This document shows, piece by piece, positions 10,443 to 22,400 of a DNA stretch of 64,000 nt. The notes beneath the pieces are model-generated. The model made no database searches. It was not told where the DNA came from and saw only the letters and a program-made list of their open reading frames with translations. The number at the start of each line of letters is the position of its first letter. The stretch's first letter is position 1. Both the position numbers and the translations under genes were made by a program. Source of the stretch: Perkinsus chesapeaki ATCC PRA-425 (taxonomy: Eukaryota; Protista; Perkinsozoa); NCBI GenBank assembly GCA_013115145.1, contig JAAPAO010000047.1, forward strand, positions 1-64,000, in the 5' to 3' direction.

Positions 10443-13400
10443 ATGCCTCAGCCCTACGCCTGGGTTCGTTTGAAGAACTCCTCCTCGACGAACGTATCTC
10501 CGAGGTCAGGTCACACCATCACAGCCACGCCGCACGGTTTCATATGCTATGGTGGAATGGACGGCAGACGAAATGATCTGGGCAATCCTGCGCCCAACTC
10601 GGACCTGTACATCCTTAAATTGCACCCTCAGAACCAGTACGAATGGCAAATGGTCGAACTAGATCCGAGCAGCAGCACCCCACCGGGCAGAACCCTTCAC
10701 ACTGCTACCTGTGTCACCGATGATGAGATATTTGTATTTGGTGGCATCCATAGCTCGACACCTTATCAGTGCTTGAATGACGGTTGGATTCTCGACGCTT
10801 CCTGTATGGAATGGAAACGCTTGGCGTTCAAGGCTTCTCAACAGGACAAGAAAAGCGCCGGCGTTCGCAGGCTGACCGGACTTATTGAAGAGGTTGTTCA
10901 TAACGCTGGAAGCGACAATAAGAGAAAATCTGTCGGAGCTTCGGGGAGACTTGGTCGAGCTTCAATGGCGGCCGGACGCGCATCGAAATTGCTGGGGTTC
11001 GCCGATCTGGCGGGTGCGGCGGCGAAGGTTGTGGCTGGAACTAACAAGAGTATCTTGGGAGCCGGAAATTCGAAGAGAACCTGGAAATCAATTTTACAGA
11101 AGAAAATTGCGCCGAGGTCGACGATCACGCCCGGGGCGAATCTTTTGAAGAAGCAAGTTGGCGGCGGGCAGACATTTTCGAACGGTGTGCTGGTCGATGA
11201 GAAAGATGTCTTTCATGAGGATTTGGTATCTTTAGTTAGCAACATTATGTCACATGATGACGAAGCTAATAAGCAACCACCGAACGTGCCAGCTCCCAGA
11301 GCTAATCATACCGCAACACTGGTCGAGAACAGCATAGTTCTTTTTGGAGGTCATGGCGGGCAAGGATATAGTAGGAGACCTTTCAATGACGTTCACGTCC
11401 TCAATCTTGACAACGACAGATGGCTCGAACTGCAGTGCCAAGGGAACCCACCAGCGGCGCGCTCGGGACACGGTGCCTTTGCGAAGGATGAGAATCTTTA
11501 TATTTTCGGTGGGTGGAACAGCGAGCAACAATTCAATGATTTGTTTATGTTGGACGTGGAAAATAAGGATTGGACGGATCTTGATTTGAGCTGGAGCTGC
11601 CCGCGATGGAACTTCAGCCTTCAGTTGGTTCGAGCCATTCCATCCTGGAGAGTGTTTGTATTTGGTGGTGCCTGCGATAATGATGGTGGAGGCCGATCGC
11701 TTGGAGCATTCGACCATCGTATTGGCGTTCTGGACCTGGCTGAGAAGTTCCAGTGGTCAGAGCCGAGCATCGAAAGCCCGCCGGCGTCGGCTTTGAGAGA
11801 TATGCAGGAGGACTTCCAAAATAACTCTCTGGGACAAATGCCTGAGTTGTTTATGCCATCTGGAAGGTGAGGAAAATATCACTTTTTGTCGTGATTGTAT
11901 ATTATTATTGTTACATAAATGTATACTATTGTTATATAAATGTATATTATTGTTATATAAATGTATATTATTGTTATATAAATGTATNNNNNNNNNNNNN
12001 NNNNNNNNNNNNNNNNNNNNNNNNNNNNNNNNNNNNNNNNNNNNNNNNNNNNNNNNNNNNNNNNNNNNNNNNNNNNNNNNNNNNNNNTAAATGTATACTA
12101 TTGTTATATAAATGTATATTATTGTTATATAAATGTATATTATTGTTATATAAATGTATATTATTGTTATATAAATGTATATTATTGTTATATAAATGTA
12201 TACTATTGTTATATAAATGTATACTATTGTTATATAAATGCTTATTATTGTTATATAAATGTATATTATTGTTAAATGAACTTGAAATATATTGGACGTC
12301 GTCATTCGACATTCACCTGATACCTTCTCCTTTCACCACCTCAGAGAGCACGCCTCAGTAGTTTATGAGCCCGAAGAGTCCAGATTAATTGTATTTGGTG
12401 GATGGTCTAATAAATGGCTCGATGATGTTTGGCAAGTTAACATAAGTTCTATCGTCGGCCCTCCTTATGCTATTATAAAAGTGGAACCAGCCTTGGGTAA
12501 GATGGAGAAGGAGGAGGAGCTACCGGGGATCGAACCTGCGCCCCTCTGGTATTCTGCTCTGGAATTGCTCATTATTTATAAGGGGTGTGCTTCATATAGT
12601 TTTGTGATATTATATAATATTTAAGTATCATATTTCTTAAATGGCTGATGTAATAAGTCAGCATTGAAGGCAGTGTAGAGTTTAGCTTGACTAGATGGCT
12701 TACGGGGTATTAATACTATAAATGATGTAGTGCAATAAAATCATTAATAGACCTTCTTAGATTGCCAGTCTCTGCGGCTTACCCGGGAACTCAACTATTT
12801 ACGCAATCATTTGTTTTTGCTGACTCGCTTAAAAGTTTATTTCATAAAGGGTATTTCTTATCGTTAAGTGCGGTCCTTTTACTTGTGCAGTCCTATAGTA
12901 TCTCACCTCCAATCCTAACTTGTTTCAGGCCCGGTAACTGGTAACCAGCTTATTCGTATTAGAGGTGTTGGAGCTACCAGTACTCAAGGAACAGTAACAG
13001 TTAGATTCTCAGCAGGGAAGCATTCGGCTGATTCTATTGGTGAGTTATTAACGGAAAATACGGTATGAATCTCATGGTGGTGGAACATTGTGACGATTTA
13101 ATTTTCAATGTATTCACAAAGCGTAAGCTCTTAAGTTCGCACCCTTATGAATAAATTATAATCTTATAAATTGGAAAAATAAAATTGATCGGGAAAAACC
13201 CTTTATAGATTTAGCGTATTTTCCAAATCGTTGTTGTTGTTGTTGACTAAATATCTTTATATCAGGTACGGTAGTGGACGATAATACTATAGAGTGTTTG
13301 ACACCAGCAGTGATGCAAACTATTGGACCTAAAAGATGTCAAGTTAGATTCGCCGTGGGGGTAAGTTGTCATACAAGTTGGTCGATTATTTGGATATTAT

Positions 13401-16400
13401 AATGATGTGCTTCTATGTTGAGATATCTCTTACCGTATTCTCTACTTGGAAGATATTTGTTTTTGAAAGATTAAATATTTTAATCGTTACGAAATTCTTC
13501 TAGGTTATACAAAACTACTAACGTTTGAGAGCACTATTGAGTGTCAAACAATCTATCTGTTAGCTTCAACGAAAGAAGCTTCTTGGAGTTTTCCAAGAAC
13601 CCTTCGCAAATTATTTGTATCTAGCAGTAAGCGATGCCGACATGTTTATTTTAGGTTAAAGATTTCACTACTACCGTCACGCACTACGATTATTTCCTCA
13701 ACACTATCGCTGAGAAATCGCTGTGTTATGGTCCGGGTCTACTCAACGACGGTGAAGCTGGGAAAGTTAATAGGTTTATTATACAAACTAGAAATACCCT
13801 CGGGGAGAATCGAACCTCCGGGGCCGATAAATTTGTCATATCGGTCGTCCAGGACGGCGAAGAGCTCTACGAAGAGGGCAGTTGCTTCAATGATTTCGAC
13901 AATGGACGGTATGAGGTCACTTACACCGCCAAGGCAGGCGGTGGAGACATCTTGGTGAAAGTTAACCTCATCGATGAGAATGACAAGGAGAGACCTATTA
14001 GGGGATCGCCTTTCAAAGCTACTTGCACGGAGACAGCGAAGCCGAGAGCCAACGAGTATGCTGGTCCATTGATGACAGGATTCATCACGCGAAGTGTTAA
14101 GGAGCTCGAGGAGTTCTTGAAATCAACTGATGCTGGAATACATGCCAAGTTGAACGCTGGGGATGTACGGGGCTTAATCAAGGTTAAGAATTATATAAAG
14201 ACAATGTACGAGGAGGAGGGGAATCTTATCTTGAAGCAGGACGAGATACTTGAGAGCTTGGGGGTGAGCTGGGGGTATCTTTTTTCGCACTTTTGGATTT
14301 TTCCCGGGAACTTTTTGTGGTAGTAAGCATGTTTACAATTATGTGGTTAGAAGTGGGAAGACAGATTGCGATATAAGAATATGAAATATTCAGCGTGGAT
14401 AAGGCTTTGCAATCGTCTAAGTTGTTTTATCTGAACTTAGTTCTTTTTTATTTCCTCAGAAAAATTGATATATTTTACATTTGAGTTAGTAGGCTCGTTA
14501 TTAACGCCTTCGGCCAGGTGTCACCCTGTAAAAATATAACGAATTCATTGTTGGTAAGACTTTCATGTCAGGCCCTGGAGCGGGAGGGATTACCTAACGA
14601 GAAGGCACTGAAGGCCTTGAAGAAGACTTGGGATTCGCTGGCAACTGTTAAGCAAGCCTGCAGAGCCAAGGAGAAGGAGATTGCTCCGATGGTACAGAAG
14701 GAATCAGATCTCTATAAGGCTAAGATCGGTGAGTTCGAGAACACCTTGAAGGACTATCAAGCTGGCCTGAAAAAGGAAGCTTATTACTTTTATAAATCTG
14801 GCTTGGAACTCGCCATGGAGAGAATCGACGCGGTTACGGCTGATCTGGACGAAATGGATAAGGAGATGGAGAACTTGGCGCACATCGCGGAGAATTTCGA
14901 CTACCCGGAGGAGCTGAACAACTGCCGCAAGCTGATGGCGGCTATGCGGGAGGACGTCGCTATCATGTTGAGCTTGTGGGAGTTTGAGGATCTTAGAGTT
15001 CAGAATACAGAAGTGTTCTTGGTATTGAGATGGGGGGAGTTGGTCCCTGATGAGGTAAGACTAAGTTGAAGGGTACTGAAATGACAGAGGTTATTACACT
15101 ACTACGCTTACTGAATACAAGCAGTGTAACTAATTTCAAAGTTTGTCCGGACCTTTGCGAGACAGCTCATAGCGATAGATAGCCATAGTCTAGTTAGCGT
15201 TGGATCTGGGAAAGGACGGGTCACCATCGCACGAGTGCTGCTGCCCCTGACTATACCGTCCCAACGCCACCCACTACTGTTGAGCAACTAAGCACGTGCT
15301 TCTTCGACTTTATATATAATCTGCTCCATTTTATATTATTCCAAATATCTATCGATGTCCTTTGTGCCGTTGTCGATGGTCGAGGCTGGCGAACTGTTGG
15401 TGGAATATCTTCTGTTTTAGATGGAGGAAGAGATCAAGCTCATGTTTAAGCAATTGAAGGATATTAAAGTCGATAAGAAAAGGGACGCCTTCTTGGGCAT
15501 GCAGGTACGAGTTCGCCAAGAGTATCTTTAAATCTTCACAGTGCGGACTGCCGAATCTTTATGTCTCCTTGGTGTATCTTTAAATCTTCATAATGCGCAT
15601 TTTTTCAGGATGTAATGAGGAAATGGACAACCTTCTGTCCTCTCGTTGCCGAGCTTCGCGATCCTGCTATGAGGGACCGGCATTGGTCAGCTCTGATGGA
15701 CTTATGTGGCAAGAACATCTCGGTGTCGCCAAAAATCTTATTAAGGGATATGTGGAATTTGGAGTTACATAAGTAAGATTGGAGGGAAAGGTGGTATGAA
15801 ATATCACCACGGCTGAATACAGCTTTCAGAGGAATCTTGGGTAGTCCGTGGAGGCCTTTCGGAATAACATCCTCATCAAACTTCTTGAATGGTCGCAGTG
15901 GTCGCTGTTGAACTGTAAAAATCAGAACAATGAAAGAAATTGGTCGAATGAAAAGCAAGATGACACCTGAATCGTTAAGTATAAATGAATGTTAAGACTT
16001 GTGGGCTTCCAGGCGTTCAAATGTAACTTTATAACAGGGTTGGTTGGGTAGAGAGCAAATGGGCAGGTTAATTAGGCATAGCACGTTAACAGAACCGCAC
16101 GTTACCGGCTTACTCATTGCACTGTCATGAGATGGTCGTCAGAATTCGGTGCATTTATTAGACGAACTGGAAGTTCTTTTGTGAATTATAAAGGATGATT
16201 CTCGATGCAAAAGTTGGTAAGATGCGCTCGTGTACAGATTCTCGGAAACAGTCGAGGAGATCGGTGACCAGGCCAAACAGGAAGCCAAGATGGAGAAGAC
16301 TCTTGCGAAGCTGACTGAGACCTGGGCCGGGGTCGAGTACGATTTCTCGCAGCACAAGGATACGGAGATTCAACTTATGAAAATATCGGACGAGAACTTC

Positions 16401-19400
16401 GAGATGCTCGAGGAGCATCAAGTCCAAGTCCAGAACATGTTTGCGTCGAGATTCCTGTCTACCTTCGAATCTGAGGTCACCTATTGGCAGCGCACCCTGG
16501 CGAATGTCGCTGAGGTGTCGACTCTGTTGAGCGAAGTCCAGAGGACATGGAGCTTTTTGGAGAATCTTTTCATTCACAGTGAAGAGGTTAAGAAGGAACT
16601 GCCCGACGAAAGTGAAAGATTTGTTGGGATTGATATGGACGTGAAGGAGATTCTGAAGAAAGGGGAGCAACTTAAACTGTGTCGAGACTTCTGCAATGAG
16701 GATGGTATCTTTGGTAGATTGGAGACAGCACAGAATCAGCTTACACTGTGTGAAAAGGTAGGCAAGGAAATGATAGGTTAGGGTTGTTGGTGAAATTGAA
16801 GTACTCATTTCGTGAGCCTTAGTTAATTTCAACTTTGTACGGACTACTGCATTGATACTAAGCACTCGGTCGGAACGTGTGATTCTTCGAAAATGCGCCG
16901 GGGTTTCCACCGGGGCCGAAATCTCGCATTAATGCTGCGAATGAGAATCCTTTAAGTACCCCATCTCATATAATCGCACTATATCTGACAGTGGTGTGAC
17001 GTTCATACAAGCCTGTGGGGTGGATTTGGATACGCAGGCTCGGCGGGTTTACTGTACGAGGCTTTGTTGGTACGGAGAGTTTTAATTGTAGATTTCCACT
17101 TTCTAATGTTTCAAGCGACCTCCTCGCGTGCGAGTCGGACTCGGTTATTTTCAGGCGCTTAATGACTTTATGGACGGCAAGAGACGAGCCTTCCCACGAT
17201 TCTACTTCGTATCGACCAGCGACCTGTTGGATATCCTATCAAACGGCAACACTCCAGCTAAGGTTATGCCGCATCTATCCAAGGTCTTCCAAGCAGTACA
17301 GACTTATCAATTGGAATATCCTGATGGGAAGGATAAGAGACCCAACGCGGTTGGTATGGAATCGTGCGTTGGTGTGGAGTAAGTGGGGATCGAACCTGCG
17401 ACCTTTCGGATGAGAGAATGCAGGAGGTCATAGAGGAACTTCCTTCCTAGAGTCCTAGGGTATCCTTCACTCGATCTTCCTCACTTTTCCTTGTTCGAGG
17501 AACCCTTCCTGTAGCACAATTCCTACTGTTTCAAACCATGTTTGGCCATCGAGGGGAGCTTCTCGAGAACACTGACTGCTTGAATCAATTGTTGAAGTAT
17601 TGGTGGAGTTGAATACCGATTCGGATAACTGGTGGCTGCGGAAGTGGGAAAACCCAACTTCCACAGGACCTTCTAGAAAGTATCATTTTGGATAGGAAAT
17701 GCTCCTGGCGAATGACGTGCTGCTTTCTGTGTTGAAGTGGATATCTTGTCGAATATAATTTCTTATTTTAAGGTGCGTCCCGTTCCCCGAGCCCACACCG
17801 CTGATTGGGAAGGTGGAGATTTATATGGAGAAGTGTGTGGAAGCATTTAGAACAGCTTTGAAGTATTACGCCAAAAAGGCCTTGTTGGATTGTGAGGAGG
17901 TAAGCGGTGGTCGCGGGTTCGAACCCTGGTAGCGGCATTTTATTTTCAGGCTGGAGATGCCGGTAGAGGCGAATGGGTTAAGGGCGTCACCGCCGCGCAG
18001 TGCGCTTTGATGGTTAACATGATAATGTGGGTTCGAATGGTCGAGCAAGCCTTCGATGCTTATAATGAAGGAGACAAAGAAGCTGTGCAAAAATCTTCAC
18101 AGCGCGTATCGGATCTTTTGCTGGATCTCATCAGACTCACGCAGACTTCTCTGGACAAGCCTCAGCGAATGAAAGTTATGTGTATGATTACCCTTGACGC
18201 ACACAACCGAGATATCACGGAAAAACTGGTCCAGGAAGCGGTCACCAGCCCTGACGCTTTCCAGTGGCAAGCGCAGCTCAAGGCCTACTGGGACGTTGAA
18301 GCGGATGATTGTCGGCAAAAAATCGCGGATGCGGCATTTTGGTACGGTTACGAGTATCTTGGGAATGGCCCACGGCTTGTTGTGACGCCGCTAACTGATA
18401 GAATTTATGTCACTGCAACACAGGCGTTGCATTTGAACATGGGTTGCGCGCCAGCTGGGCCAGCTGGTACGGGCAAGACTGAGACCACGAAGGATCTGGC
18501 GAATGCTGTGGCGAAGGCGTGCTTCGTATTCAACGCCAGTCCCGAGATGGACTATCAGACGATGGGTGCGATCTTCAAAGGTCTGGCGAGCTCAGGAACT
18601 TGGGGATGCTTCGATGAGTTCAATCGTCTCGTGCCGGAGGTGCTGTCAGTTTGTACCGTGCAGTTCAAAGCTGTCTGTGATGCGGTGAAGGCTAGGAGCA
18701 AAAGATTCGTTTTACAAGGAGATGAGATATCACTGGATCCCTCCTGTGGTGCCTTTATCACCATGAATCCTGGATACCTGGGCCGAAGCGAACTTCCCGA
18801 AGGTCTCAAAGCGCTGTTCCGACCGATCACTGTCATGGTGCCGGATTTCGCGCTTATTATGGAGAATATGTTCATGGCCGAGGGGTTCCTGGAAGCGAAG
18901 ATCTTGGCGAAGAAGTTCTCAACGTTGTATTTCCTGTGTCAAGATTTGCTGAGTAAAGCGCCGCAGTATGATTGGGGCATGCGTGCTATCAAATCCGTGC
19001 TGGTTGTTGCTGGTGGATTCAAACGAGCTGAGCCTGATCTATCGGAGCAAGCTGTGAGTGAAGGGACAATTTAATGGAGATTTACGGAAGTACATCTTTA
19101 TTTATCTACAGTGCGCGCGCTTCGTGTCACCGGTATAACGTTTTAACCAGACATTTTGTGTAGACACTCGCTTAACATAGTTGAACTGTTAAAATACTTT
19201 ATCGCTAGAATTGACTGGGGTGGGGCGCGCTTTCCGATTCATCTTATCTTGTAGGTGTTGATGAGATCTCTACGTGATACTAACGTGGCGAAGATCGACG
19301 GAGATGATCTTAAGATCTTCATGGGCTTGCTTGGAGACCTCTTCCCTGGCATTGATGTACCAAGAGCAAGAGATTATAAATTCGAAGATGTGAGTATCTT

Positions 19401-22400
19401 ATTTCCTGGAAAATGCACGCTTCAAGGTCGGATATCCTTCAGATAATAGTGCAAGCTATGGAGGAGTGTGGGCTCACTCCTGACCCCGATGGGTATCTTT
19501 TATTGAAGATAACTCAATTAGTCGAGCTCATGGTTATTCGACATTGTATCTTCCTTATGGGGCCACCGGGCAGCTTCAAATCTACTGTGTGGAGGTGAGG
19601 CAAAATGTGCAAACATGAAGCGCTTCGCTCCGCTAGGATTTACTACCGTATCCGAGTCTGCATATTAATTGTAGATTGGCGATTCTGCCGCAGTGTGACC
19701 AGTGTGTGAGGGCTGCTCAGTTAGTTGGCACTATAGAGCAATGCTGTTGCATATTCGATGATACGTCATCATTTGTATGATACGTTCAGTTGTAAAGGTG
19801 TCTTCCAGAAATATCCGACACCTGAGATGGATCTGTAAAAGCATAGATTTAAATGGGACCGTTTTATCAATATTTTTTGTTAGGATTCTCGCGAAAGCCA
19901 AAGATAAAATCGGCGAGAAGACCACATGGATCGATCTCAACCCGAAAAGTATCTCCACCAACGAGCTCTACGGTTATGTCAACATGGCCACACGTGAATG
20001 GAAAGACGGCATCCTTTCTAAAACCATGCGATACCTCGGACAAATACAAGACACTCACCCGAAGTGGATCATCCTGGACGGCGATCTCGATGCCAACTGG
20101 ATTGAGTCGATGAACAGTGTTATGGATGACAACAGGCTTTTGACACTTCCATCAAACGAACGTATCCCTCTGAAAGCCCATATGAAAATGATATTCGAAA
20201 TCCGAGACTTGGCGTACGCTACTCCAGCGACGGTGACCAGAGCAGGCGTGGTGTTCATGGTCGACTATTCCGGCGTGCAGTGGAAGAGCTACAAGTCATC
20301 TTGGATTAAACGCCTGCAAGTTGCCGATTCGGTGAAGGAGCAGATGGAGAAGTTGTTCGAAAAGTATTGCCCGGAAACGCTGATGTACATGCTGAAGCAC
20401 TGCAAAATACAAGTAAGGAAAAGTCAGTGCGCCACGAAATTGGGGCGGGGAATCAGATATTTTTGATCGCCAATATTTATCAGCGTCTTCGTCTTAGAAC
20501 ACTTGGTACGTGTCTTACACTCATTATACAATTTAATTAGCTTCGGATCTGTTTCATCGTGCCTGGCTTTAGTGGGATGCCACCGAAGATACGCAAAGGT
20601 GCTCTACATAAGCGAAGTCCTGAATCAGGACTCCTGATAGCGATTCGATGTCAAAATCTAAGATTTTTCGTGTGATTCTCCTTCCCTCAGGTCCCTCTCG
20701 TGGACATATCAATGATCCAATCCTTATGTCTTCTCATGGAGTCCTTACTCGGAGGCAGCACCTCAGATGGCAAAGGCGCTCCTCAGATCGAATTGGATGC
20801 CCTAGAGTACTGGTTTTGTTTCTGCATGGTGTGGGCGGTCGGCGGATGCCTGGCTGAAGTTGACGGTGTCGACTATAGGAAGCAGTTTAGCAATTGGTGG
20901 AAGCAAGAAATGAAGACGATCAAGTTCCCGAGCAAAGGGACTGTTTTCGATTATTTTGTGCAAGATGCGCGGATGGAGGAATGGTCGATGATTGTCGAGC
21001 CATTGGAGTATTCATCGGAGATGCCTATGAATCAGGTGAGAGGGGATTAGTCATTTCAAGAAGCGTGGAGGAAAATACGGTATGAAATTTCCTCATGGAT
21101 TGAAGATAAGGATAGCATTTTATAAGGAAGCCAAGTCGCATGAAGATATCATAAATCTTGCATTCTTGCATTTTCTCAACGCTTCCATTCAGGTTACAGT
21201 GCCTACTTCGGAAACAGTGGCCACAAGTTACTTCATGAAGGCGTTGATGAAAGTGCATCAACCAGTCATGCTCATCGGTCTCGCTGGATGCGGCAAAACG
21301 GCTATGTGCAATGGTTTGCTGAGGAGCCTCGAACCGGACGTTTTCTGCTCGCACATGATGAACATGAACTACTATACGGACAGCATGCTCCTCCAGACCA
21401 TGATGGAAATACCACTCGAAAAGAAAGCGGGAAGGCTCTTCGCTCCGCCTGGAAAGCTGCATATGATTTACTTTATTGATGATCTGAACATGCCCGCATT
21501 GGATCCATATAACACGCAGAGCGCCATAGCACTGTTGAGGCAGTGTCAGGATTACAAACATATATACGATAGATCCAAGATGACATTGAAAGACATCGGC
21601 AACACTCAGTACCTGGCTTGTATGAATCCTACTGCGGGGTCATTCATAGTTAACCCAAGGCTCCAGAGACACTTTTGGACTTGCGCTGTGCCGTTCCCGG
21701 AGCAAGGCGCGCTGCAGACGATCTATTCCACGTATATGAAGGGACATTTCGAAAGACTGAAGTTCAAGCCAGCTGTGAATGATATTATTTCATCGGTCAT
21801 CAAAGCGGCGCTCTCCCTTCATGGTAGCTGTACGGCTGCGTTCAGAAAGACGGCGGCGAACTTCCACTATGAGTTCAATATTAGGCATCTTGCCGGCGTT
21901 TTCGGGGGGCTGCTCCAAGCGAAGCCGACAGAGTTTGCTGAGCCCGAGAAATTAGTGTTACTTTGGCTGCATGAGAGCGAGAGGGTTTACGGTGATCGAT
22001 TGGTCTCTGTGAATGACTTGAAGAAGTATCGAGGACTGGCGGCTGAGTTGTCGAAGAAAATGTTTGGGAAGTTCAACTTGGCAAAGTAGGCTGCAGACGG
22101 CGGTGAAGCCTGCCCGATTTCCACGTGTTCTGATTACAGAAGAGTCCGCAAGGCGTTCCGAAGCCCAGCAAAATGCGATGAATTCGAGTATAATTTTTAA
22201 GCTTGATAGAATCCTGTTTAACACGCTTAAGAACGAAATTGTGAACTTGTGCAGATATATACACGAACGGAGAATTCTTACGTTGGTTCAGGTGTCAGAA
22301 AATGCTGGTAAAACAAATAAGATATTTTCCGATTTAACAATTTTTAATTCTCCCCATTTCATACTTTGTCCTGATTCCGGCTTCCTTCGATTTCTGTTCC

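Noticed and set aside
11757-12361. ORFs such as [14 protein letters not shown] and KCILLLY repeats
   Set aside because: Translations of the 21-bp minisatellite and N gap inside a dynein intron.
13800-13820. GGGGAGAATCGAACCTCC, B-box-like on the reverse strand
   Set aside because: Lies in the conserved coding motif GENRTSG of the filamin-like domain.
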